A stretch of 64,000 nt of DNA, from contig NC_089434.1 in the NCBI RefSeq assembly GCF_026210795.1, forward strand, positions 2,852,001 through 2,916,000. The letters run 5' to 3'. Every line of letters begins with the position of its first letter. The first letter of the stretch is position 1. Positions 39,694 to 51,395 of the stretch are shown piece after piece. This stretch comes from Rhizophagus irregularis (Eukaryota). The notes under the pieces are model-generated. The model saw nothing but the letters and a program-made list of their open reading frames with translations, was not told the origin of the DNA and searched no databases. The position numbers were made by a program, and so were the translations under genes.

Positions 39694-42600
39694 TACTGGT
39701 CAAAATAGTCCAAATCAGCCAAAATTCAGCCAGCCGATTTTAGGCTGATTTATGGTCTAATGCTGGTCGAACTTTAGCAGATTTTTTGGCTGCAATTCGC
39801 TGTCACTTGCCTAAAGTTCGGCTTGAAATTTCGGCCAAAATTCAGTTAACATTCGGAACAATTTCAGATAGCAAATTTTGGTGAATAGTTTTCCGAATGT
39901 TACTTAATTTATATTGCAAATTTGTACTAAATTTATTTACTAATATTCTGCCACAACTCATTTTATTTGATATTCGCAATAAAATCACAACTTTATTTAT
40001 AAATGCATATTACAAATAAGTATTGCTAATCTACAATTCCACAATCACATAATTCATGTATTCGTATATACTTACAAATCTTGATCTTTTGGAAATCCAC
40101 CAAAACTATAAAAAAAGAAAAGAACGGTTAGTAACTGTTCTATAATATTAAAAAAAAGCAAAAAAACCCAAGATTCTACTTACGAATCTTTGGTTTTTTC
40201 TGTTTATCGGAATCCACTCGAGACACCAAACCTATAAAAAGAAAAAAAAAGAGCGGTTATTAATAACCGTTCATAATAATATTAAAAAAATAAAAAACAA
40301 ACCAAGATTCGTACTTACGAATCTTGGTTCCACTTTTTCTAAAGATCCCGAAACCTACAAAAAGAAAGAACGGTTATTAGTAAACCGTTCATAGTAATAA
40401 AAAATAAAAATAAAAAATAAAAAAAAGAACTAAGATTCGTACTTTACTTACGAATCTTGGTTTTCTGTTGTTCTTCAGAAGCTCACTGAACTAAAAAAAT
40501 AAAATAAGAACGGTTATCAGTAACCATTTGTTAATATTATAAAAATAAAATAAAAATAAAACCAAGATTCGTACTTACGAATCTTGGTTTTTTCCATTCT
40601 TCAGAAGACACTGACCTAAAAAAAAAGAAAAAGAACAGTTAGAAACCGTTTGTAATAATAAACAAAAATAAAAAAATAAAGATTCATACTGAATCTTTAA
40701 TTTTTTCTGTTCCTTGGAAAGACAAAAATCCACCTGAACCTATAAAAAAAAATCAAAGGAACGGTTAGTAACTGTTCCATAACATTAAAAAAAAAGATTC
40801 GTAAGTATATTACTTATGAATCTTAAAGGTTCTCCTTTTTCCGTTCTTCAGAAGTCTACCCGAACCTATAAAAAAAAAAGAATGGTTATTAGTAACCATT
40901 TATTAATAAAATTAAAAAAAAATTATAAAGTAAAGATTCGTACTTACGAATCTTTACCTTTGGGTTTTCGTTCTTCAGAAGCCCACCCGAACCTAAAAAA
41001 TAAAGAAAGGAACAGTTATTAGTAACCGTTCATTAATAAAGAAAAAAACAAAAAAAAAGAAAAAAAAGTAAAGATTCGTATTTACGAATCTTTACCCTTT
41101 AGGTTTTCGTTTTTCAGAAGCCCACCTGAACCTAAAAAAATAAAGAAAAAAACGGTTTTAGTAACCGTTCGTAATAAAGAAAAAACAAAAAAAAAATTAT
41201 AAAGTAAAGATTCGTATTTACGAATCTTTACCTTTGGGTTTTTATTTTTCAGAAGCCCACCCGAACCTAAAAATAAAGAAAAAAATGGTTATTAGTAACT
41301 GTTCGTAATAAAGAAAAAACAAAAAAAAATGTCATAATTCGAGACAAGTGGTTATAGTTCGGGACAAGTGGTCATAGTGCGGTGACCATAGTTCGGGACA
41401 AGTGGTTATAGTTCGGTGGCTATAGTTCGGGACAAGTGGTCATAGTTCAGTGGAACATTGATTCATTTTCTAAAAAGATGTATCCTTATTATAAAGAAAA
41501 GATTCGTACTTACGAATCTTTATCTTTGGGTTTTCGTTCTTCAGAAGTTCACCCGAACCTAAAAAATAAAGAAAGGAACGGTTATTAGTAACCGTTCATT
41601 AATAAAATTAAAAAAAACAAAAAAAATTAAAATCAAGATTCGTATATACTTACGAATCTTGGTTTTTTTCATTTTTTGGAACTCGGAAGCCCTACCTGAG
41701 ATGCCAAACCTATAAAAAATAAAAGAAAAGGAACGGTTAATAACCGTTTATAATATTAAAAAAAATAAACCAAGTTCCGAACTTACAAAACTTGGTTTTT
41801 TCCATTCTTTGGAAGTCACCCGAATGGCCAAACCTAAAAAAAGAAAAAAAAAGAATAGTTAGTAACCGTTCATATTAAAAAAAAATAAAATAAACTCCAA
41901 AGTATTCGTATTTACGAATCTTTGGAGTTTCTGTACTTCAGAAGGCAGAAGCCCACCCGAACAGCCGAACCTAAAAAAAAGAAAGAAAAAAGAATGGTTA
42001 GTAATCGTTCATATTAAAAAAAAAATAAAATAAACTCCAAAGTATTCGTACTTACGAATCTTTGGAGTTTCTGTACTTCAGAAGCCCACCCGAACGGCTG
42101 AACCTAAAAAAAAGAAAGAAAAAAGAACGGTTAGTAACCGTTCGTATTAAAAAAATAAAATAAACTCCAAAGTATTCGTACTTACGAATCTTTGGAGTTT
42201 CTGTACTTCAGAAGCCCACCTGAACAGCCGAACTTAAAAAAAAAAGAAAGAAAAAAGAATGGTTAGTAACCGTTCGTATTAAAAAAAAATAAAACAAACT
42301 CCAAAGTATTTGTACTTACAAATCTTTAGAGTTACTGTACTTCAGAAGTCCACCCAAAAACCAAACCTATAAAAAAAAAGTAAAAAAAGTGAAAGGGAGG
42401 GGAAGGGAAGGAAGGAAAAAGGGAAGGGAAGGGAAGGAGAACGAAAAAAAAGAAAAAAAAGAAAGGGGAAGAAGAGGAAACGGGGAGGGGAAGGGGAATG
42501 AAGGAAAAGAAAGGGGAGGGGAAGAAAAAAATTAAAAAAAGTTTAAAAAAGGATGATCCTTTTTCAAACTTTTAATACGCATAATGCGTAACGTGTAACA

Positions 42601-42743
42601 TTTGATTAAATAATTCAATAAATCGACTATAAATCATATATGTCGAAATTTGGCCAATTTTTAATAATTTCCGAAATTTGGCCGAAATGTGTGATAGATC
42701 AGCCAATTTATCACATGACCGAAAGTTTTTATTTCGACCAGTG
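39694..42743. mobile_element. Non-autonomous CACTA/CMC-like element, copy 1, containing a tandem array of about 18 double-hairpin units
   Basis: Ends tactggtcaaaat / atttcgaccagtg with a 3-bp TSD (agt at 39691-39693 and 42744-42746); ~120-140 bp units from about 40030 to 42370, followed by a purine tract. Confidence 0.8.
41331..41453. repeat. 20-bp tandem repeat fragment interrupting the array
   Basis: Repeated atagttcgggacaagtggt(c/t). Confidence 0.8.
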
Positions 42744-43666
42744 AGTGGTACAAAATATTCTATTATCTATCCGCTTATTTTTTGAGTCGACATTTAATTA
42801 ATTCTTATATTACACAAAATTATCTTGATCAGTTAATTAAGCATGTAGTTATCTACCTATACAGTCAACTCTCTATAAATACACCCTCTATAAATGCACA
42901 CCCTTTATAAATGCATCTTTTATTTAGTCCCAACTTGGTCTCTAATGTTAAATGCATAGTTTATATATGTATATATTATGTAAATGCATCCTTTATAAAA
43001 AAATTTTATATAGTTTACTTATAAAATTTTTGTATTACCTTAATTTTAGATTAATATTATATAGATTTATTTGAAGCTAAAATTTACATATAACTTTATA
43101 CATTTAGAATAGAAATTAATTATAAGGTTTATACAAATTCAGGTCTGAGTTTTTTAGTAATATTCGGAGTAGGACCTGAACAATATATATAAAGGTAGGT
43201 TTTGAGTTTGCTTAACCAACATATAAAAATTTTTCCTATGTGAGATTTATTATTGCTTATTTGATAACATAATTTTTAAATAGTCAGATATAATTATGAG
43301 GACCCCGGATATCTAATATAAAGGTCATAATGGACTTTTGGCCAAAAACACCCCTTTTTGCTGAAACTCAAAAAATCGTTTTTTGTAAATATCTCAGCAT
43401 CCAGTAATTCAATTTTAATGAACTTTTTTTTATTTTGTAGCCCTCATTTAGCTCTACAATTTAAAAAAAAAGTTCATCAAAATTGGACCACTGGATGCCG
43501 AGATATTTACAAAAAACGATTTTTTGAGCCCCTAAAAATGGGCCAATCTGCCGAAAGTGTGACTTGATCCCGATCTGCCAACTCTTTCTTGTAGATCCTT
43601 GGTCAAAAATTTCGCGAAAGAAATTTTTATTCTTCATATTAACACATCTCTTATTTTACTATTAAA

Positions 43667-45729
43667 ATGCCTCCCAAAGGTAACAAAAAGGCTGGCAATA
43701 ACCCTAACTTTGCACTGCAAGCGACAAGACAAACGGAACAAAAATAAAGACTCTGGCTCTGACTACGTCGCCGACTCAGCGGCTGATGCTGGAGGTAGCA
43801 ATACTACTCCTCCTCAACAAAATAATGCTGACAATTTTTCGTCTCCTCCTCCTGAAGATAATACTGCGCCTTCTGCGCCTGGTTCTGTCGCGTCTGGTAC
43901 TGACGCGTCCATGCATGCTCCAAAAGACAAAGAATCTTCCCCCTTAAACGCGTCTCCTAATAAGGATATTATGGATACCAATGATACTTCTCCTCTTCCC
44001 CCTGACACGCCCACTATTACTATTCTTAGGCATGATTATCAGGCTGCTGCGGCGCCTAATACTTCTCCCGAATTTGTGAAAAAGTATCCTACCAATCGGG
44101 GCTATGATTGATGCTGTCAACAATCTCCTTTTGGAAACTTATCATTCTTACACTGGCCGTGCTCGCATGTCTGGTTCTGGTGACCTTAAACGATTGGTTA
44201 TTCATTTTAATTCGACCACTGAACGTAACGCCTGCCTTTCCCTCCAACATGATGATCTTGCTGATCTAAAATTTTTTTTGCACAACCTTCAGCAACTCCG
44301 AATCGATGAAGATCTCTGGGCTATTCAAGTTACTGACATCCCATTTTTCATCAAAAAAGATGATATCATTGCTCTTTTCAAAAAGTATGGTAACATACAA
44401 TCCTGTTGCCTCCATACACGTGCCAATGCTAAGGTCCAACAGGCTCGTATCGTTTATGATGATGCTTCACCCATTCAACGTTTTGTGGACAAACAGTGGG
44501 CGATCTATTGTTATTCCACTTGTCTGCGCATTACGCCGTGCTCTCTCTCCCTTGATCAAAAGAAATCATGACGTGAATTCGTCGCTGTGCTATCTCAGCT
44601 CCCTCCTAACACTAAAGATGTGCATTTAGCACCCTTGGTGCGAGCAATTGGCGCTATGGCTGTTAACATCCCCCTGTCTCTTAATTCTTATAAACCTAAA
44701 CGATGGGCTTATATTACCTTCAAATCACAGCAAATGATGGACAATGCAATGGAACAATCAATTGCTTTGCAAGGCCATAGGCTCCAATGGGAACTTCCTG
44801 AGAATACAAACAAGCTTTGCCACAGATGTGGTAAACTTGGTTGCGCTCCTACTGCTTGCCCGTTGAACAACTCTCGAAGTCGCTCGCGCACCCGTAATCC
44901 TGTTGCACATTTAAAAGAACGTTTTAATATTGGACAATCAAACAACCAAAACTCTTCTGCTAATCGCAGTAGACGTCATTCCCGTTCTCAATCCAAAGAT
45001 CGTTCCAATTCTTGACAACGTAATCATTCAGCCAATAACACTGGACGAAACAATAATTATAATAATAATGCTTCTTCGCCCAATTCTCTTAACTCCAATA
45101 ATTCTACCCAATTTGCACCACGACCTCGATCTAATGAGCATAAAGGCAAAGAGCGTTCAGTTTCTTTTTCCACTTCCCAACGTAATAGTACCTTTACTCC
45201 CAATTCATCTGGTCATAAACCTCCCTTGGTAGATCCTAATTGTTCCCAAATTCAAGAGATCCTTTTAATGCTTAAAAGCCTTCAAGAAGATATGGCTAGT
45301 GTACGTGCTAGAATTCATGCTCTTGATCTAGCTGATCAGAGGATGTCTCGGCTGGAACTCCGTGTTTTTAGACACATACAAGATGATGTTCTCCCACCTG
45401 ATCCTAATGATTCTTCACATATGCTTGTTGACGATCATCAACGCACCCCCCTTATATAACACAATCCAACCCGCTCCTTCGACCAAGCCCTTTTCCGGCC
45501 CAGTTCTCCCTCCACCAATGGTCCCTGTTCCCCGTTCTACTATTTCCTCCTCCCCCATCCCGAAACTGCCGATGAAGCTACCATCAATAAAGAACGTGCT
45601 AAAATTTATTCCTTCCAACGATCTTTAGATAACAAATTTGATCACTTATCTGGCTCTATTAATAGATTTATTAGCTCCATTTCTGGTGGCTCTTCCTCGG
45701 ACTTAGTCAATAAGACTTCGTCTGATTAA
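43667..45729 (+). pseudogene. LINE ORF1 (RRM-like domains, zinc knuckle CHRCGKLGCAPTAC, coiled coil) with frameshifts and stops
   Basis: Starts MPPKGNKK; IQVTDIPFF..FKKYGNI and KRWAYITF RRM-like motifs; split across ORFs 43599, 44104, 44587 and 45226. Confidence 0.8.
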
Positions 45730-45899
45730 TTTGTTATCCTCCTCTTTCACCCCGCAGTTTCTATCATAGTGTAATGATGATGAATAATAACATAGATTAT
45801 GATACCTTTGTGCGAAATCCCCAACCCCGTTGATTTTAGTGATAATTTTAATGATCCTTTATCTGATACATTATTTTCCTCTTCATCCTTTATTTCACC

Positions 45900-48800
45900 C
45901 ATCCCCAACTCCTTTAACATTTCTTCCTTTAATGTTAATGGTCTAAAAACTCCTGGTCATGGTTCGTTTAAAATGGACCAAATTTTTTTCCTTTTTTTCC
46001 CATAACCATATTTCTTTTGTGGTATTGTTGATACTCATTTATCACCTAAACAAATGAAATTTTTATCTAAAGCGTGTTTGTGATTATACTTCTTTCCATT
46101 CTGATCTGATTCTTACCTAAACACGGCCGTTCTTCCTCGCTTTTGCGTTTTGTTCATACACAACTCTTTAGCTACCCATGTCAGTTTTATCAATCCCATT
46201 CTTCCCGAATTCTTTCTGTAGACTTATTTTTTAAAGGCTGTTAAATTGCGTATATTTGTAGTTTATATTCCTCCTACAAATGATCTTGTTCTTCGGTACG
46301 AAGTCATTGATCAATTAATTTTTCTTATTTCTCAAACTTCTTCACAAAATTTCCACCATGCTATTTGTGGTGATTTCAATATGAATTTGGAGAAATTTTA
46401 CCCCATATTTTTGCATCAACCTCAGGTTGCCGCTAAAAAAGTTCATAAATTATTTCATTATTTGCTTTCTCATAATTATGAGGATTGTACTTCCCTTAAT
46501 TTATCTAGTACCTTGGGTACTTATCACCACTTGGACACTATTACCCGTATTGACTTTGTTTCGTCCCGCCCGCTTCTTCGCGTTATATGTTAACATCAAC
46601 TATTTTTACGATGTATTTACACATTTCTGATCACAACCCTATTATCACCTATTTTGACGCCTCTTTACTGTCAGATGCTATTAAATCTGCTCGTGCTCAT
46701 CAACTTGGTCGTAATACTCGACGCATTTTTAAATATGATTCTATTTCTATGGAACAGTGGACTGCCTTTGCTGATGACTTGGATAAGTTATGCCCAATTG
46801 ATCCACTTGTCTTCGATACTTGGCCTCTTAATCAGAAATGTGAATATCTTCATTCTAGAATTATTAAAGCTGCAAAATCCCAGCTACCCTCAGTTACTGT
46901 GGGCAATACCTATGCTCCGAAGAAGCCTAAAGATCTAGAAACTTTATGTCAATCTTATCGATTTTTGTCTAAAGTGGCGAAGACTATTCGCTCCCTTCAC
47001 AAAAACCCTGCGTTATATTCTGTTCGTTTTGAGTCCAAATGGTCTTCATATTATTTACGTCTTAATCAACTCCTTTTTAGTTATAAACAAATTTTTTGTT
47101 ACTTCTACTGTTCTTCCTTCCTCTCTTTGTGATGAACGAATTGATGATTTTGCTAATTTACTTCAAATATTAGAGAATATGACTTTGCTTTTGCGAAGCC
47201 TACTTTTGCTTAAAGAAAAAGAATTTCAAGCTTCTTCTATTCAGGCAAAAATTGATGCTCGGAATGATAACTTCACCAATGATATCTCTACTTTTATTGA
47301 ATCTGCCTTGTCACGAACCAGACGACGAATCGTTCTTGATCGTGTCTTTATTGATCATCCAATACGCCCTACTTTATTAACTTCTCCAGATGCTATTGAT
47401 CAAGAAGTCATTGAACATTTTCAAAATTTTGTTCCAATTACCTCCACTCCTCCTTCTTCCATACAGGATTTGCCAGATCGATGGTCTAACGCTTATGCAC
47501 CGCTTGCTGAAGTCTCTCCAGCTATTTTTGATTCACTTATGGATCCTCCTACCCTTGATGAATGGTCTTCAACGATTTCCTCCATGCCTAATGATAAAGC
47601 CCCCGGACCTTCTATGATCTCATATGAGATGTTGAAACATTTAGGATCCTCTGCTTCTGCTCTTCTCTTTAACTTAATTTGTGCCTGTCTATCAGATGCA
47701 AATATCCCTAATTTATGGAGACAAGCTACTGTCTTTCCTATTCCGAAACCGCATGAATGGAAATGCCAACTCAAGAATACTCGTCCTATTACTTTATTAG
47801 AAGTGATTCGCAAGGCTTTGGTTAAGCTCTTTTACAATCGCCTTGCTCCTTTGCTCGCTTCCCACCATGTTCTTCAAGGAAGAAACTTCGCAGGTTTACC
47901 TGGAGGTTCTTGCCGCGATCCTATTATTACACTGGAATCTATTATCCACGATTCAGTAGTCACTAAACAACCTTTATGGATTCTCTCTCAAGACATTTCA
48001 AAGGCGTTTGATTCTGTTGATCTATCCATGTTGCGTTTTGCTCTCCAACGCTTACGTCTACCAGAAAATGCTATTCAATTTTTACTTTCTTTATTTATGT
48101 TACGTTCTAATCGTGTCATTACTGCACATGGCCCTACTCCGCCTTATAGAATTAGAATTGGTATAGACCAAAGTGAAGTTATCTCTCCGCTTTTATGGGT
48201 TATTTATTTAGACCCTTTGCTCACAGTCCTGAAAAATGAAAAGAAAGACCCTTATTGTTTGGTTTCTCCTATGGCTTCTGATTTTGTTTCACCAAACTCT
48301 CGTTCTTTGGATGCTTTAAAGATTAATAATTTGGTGTTTATGGATGATTCTACTTTGATTTCTTCTTCTAAAAAGGGAATGGAACATATGTTGTCCATCA
48401 CTGAAGAATTTTATCGTTTGAACAACACCTCAGCCAACCATAACAAATATGTTTTAGCCACCAATGCAGTTGCTACTTCTCGAGATTTATCTCCTATAGC
48501 CTTTAATTTATTGACTTCATCACTTAACACTACAACCAATATTACAGTTACCCCTATCCTTATGTCCTCGTCTTTCCGTTTTTTGGGCGTTTGGTTTAAT
48601 ATTAACGGCTCTAAGAATTTTATCCGACAACAACTCAAACGAGAATGTAATTCTTTCTCTGCAATTCTCCGCCCGGCGAAATTGACTGTTCAACAAGTGG
48701 TTTATCTTTATAATACTGTTTTGATCCTGAAATTGGATTATCGTATGCAAGTTACGCATTTATCTGAGGTTGAATGTTCTACTATTACTTCTCCAATTCG

Positions 48801-51395
48801 TGCTTTAGTTAAACATAAGGCCAAACTATCACGTTCTGTTCCTAATGTGGTGTTATATTTAACACAAGCTTTGGGTTTGATCAATTTATTTTCATTTCAA
48901 CAACAAAGTCATTTTACTAATTTATTTTTGTTAGCAAATTCTTCTTCTGTTTTTATGAAGTTACTTTTTAATTATAGGTTGAGGTTTATTCAATTTTACT
49001 GTTTAATTCCTATTTCTCCTTTGATGGTTTTGGATTGGTCTTATTGGTCTTCTCTTATAATTTTTAAACAAGATTATATCGCTAATACTTTAGCTTCACT
49101 GCTCTCAACTCCTTTCCGTCTGTCACGTGCTAATTTATCGTCTGTGCCTGATTTAACTTATCCTAATGGCCATACTCCCATTTATCAATGTCTTTCTTTG
49201 GATGTATTTAAGGCCAATTTAACAAGACTCTGAAAACGTTGCCTTTTCTACCTTTCGCAACTGTTGACACCCCAGGGTACACATTTACTTTCTTGGCCTG
49301 TCATATATGCTAATTCTTCCCAAAAGCGTGGTAATGCCCGTCTTCCCAATTGGTACAAAAATCTTTTTGTTAACGTCACGGTTCCAGATAAATTTGGTTT
49401 ATTAAAAGATCAATTTATGACTAATCAATGCCCTGTGAGCCATATCGCGAAAGAACTTACTCCTTGTACTCCTCCTTCTGGTTATAAGAAGAATTGGATT
49501 GTCACGCTGCATGATGATGGCTCCCCCATATTCGGTAAACAGATTCAGCTTCAACCCAAGCATTCCACCTGTACTATTGTACATTGGATCTCAGACTGCT
49601 TACCTCGTCCGAGTGATTTGATCACTCTACAACCTTGCCCTGGCTGCAACTTGAATATAAATAAATCTTCGTATTCAAAGAAATTTGTTGCCACTAGCTC
49701 TGTGCCGTTCCTCTTCGGTCTTCTTAGTCGCTCATGGATTTTACCTATGAAGCAATCATCCATTACGAGTCATACTTCCAGCTTGACTGCTACAGTGTCA
49801 TGGGCGGAAATCAAGGATTTTGTTACTTCAAATTATAATCCTTCAACTGGCTCAGTATTAGCTGTTGATATTCTCAATTCCTCTTTCTACACTGTTGATA
49901 TAGCTTTACCTACTCTATGTTTATTTACAGCTGGCGATGTTGCTGCATCATCATCGGTTGTGCTTTCTCCAGATTCACATTACACCTTTTACACTGATGG
50001 CTCTCTTATTAATTTAGGAACTAGTGATGTTTCTATGGGATGGGGCTGGGTTCAAATTGTCAAAGACTCTGGCTTTCTTAATTCTATTTCCACTTATAAG
50101 TGGGGTATTATTCGTGATTGGCCTTCCTCTTCACGTGCCAAAGCTGCTGCTATTTATGCTGCTTTATCAGCCTTCCCTGCCAACTCTGTTGTTCATATCT
50201 ATACAGATTCACAGTCTTCCATTGAGGGTTTGAAACATTATTTCTTATCTGATTATTCAGATTCTCGTCTTTATTATAAGACTACCAATTTTGAACTTTG
50301 GGCCATCATCCAACAACTGATTGTGGATAAACAACTCTCGGTTTTGCCTTTCAAAGTTAAAGCTCACTCTAATTTTTACTGGAATGACTTTGCTGATTCT
50401 CTTGCCAATACTGCCCATACATCTGATGATGCTGTTCTCATCTCCTGTCTCGATCTCGCAGCAGTTCATGATTATATTATGTTCTATGATGACGTAGTCT
50501 GCGAATCCAACCCCAGACATTTGTTTAAACAATATCATCAAATGTTGTATATGAAAGACCTTTTAGCTCTTTCGCGTTTTCGTTTTATTTTTCTCTTAAC
50601 GGATCCTTCTGGATATATGATTGACTGGGCCCTTACTTGGCATACGTTAATGTTTCAACCCAAATTTGATAACTCTTTCACTAAAGAAAATGTTTCTAGA
50701 CATCATACGTTAAAATTCAAATCTTTCTGGAAGACCTACCCACTTTGGAATCACTGAAAAGGACACGACCAGATTTATACGTGGAAATTCTAACTTGTCG
50801 TTCCTGTGAAGACCATTTAGAAGATTTTATGCATTTATTTTTATGCATTAAGCGTCGTGATAGATTACATCAACTCTTAATATCTTATCTTCACCACCTT
50901 ACCCAAAAAATCAAAGAAGCGGGTGATAATGCCAATTGCGATTATTCTATTCTAGTGGATAGAATCACTTCCCTTCTTTGTTGGTCTTTCTCATCTCGTA
51001 ACTGGTCGTCCTATAGTCTGGTTCGTGGCTGTTTGCCCACCGCCTTTCTGGAAGTTTTTGAAACCTTAGGTATTCCTTGCCTCGCTGCTATGAATGTGGT
51101 TGCCGCCATACATAACAATTTTATCAACAAATTCCGTAAACGAATTTGGAATCCGCGTTCGTATGATAAAGGATTATGGGAACATGCGATGAACATTACT
51201 TCAACACTTAAACAGTCTCCAAGGCCTAAAGGTTTGTCTAAATCTTCTTATCTACCTTACTCATCTTTGCCACCTCTGACCCAAATTGATTCACGTGCCT
51301 CCGGAACTGATTGGTTAAAAAACTCGATGCAATATGGATTATCTTGGTTTAATCACATTTCGGGTTTTATGGGTCGTCTAACGTGCTTCTTTTAA
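45900..51395 (+). pseudogene. LINE ORF2: AP endonuclease - reverse transcriptase - RNase H - zinc-binding region, disrupted
   Basis: SFNVNGL, GDFN, TRIDF and SDHNP (endonuclease); KAPGPS, RPITLL, DISKAFDSV, FMDD and FLGV (RT); YTDGS, YTDSQ and KVKAHS (RNase H); CRSC..EDFMHLFLC. Confidence 0.92.

Noticed and set aside
40940..41000. Hammerhead ribozyme core (CUGAAGA..GAAA) on the minus strand of array units
   Set aside because: No stem II and poor stems I and III. Other units read CCGAA at this position, so CTGA probably arises from CpG decay.
40030..42370. CRISPR-like array
   Set aside because: Eukaryotic context, no cas genes, and the sequences between palindromes are homologous to each other rather than unique spacers.
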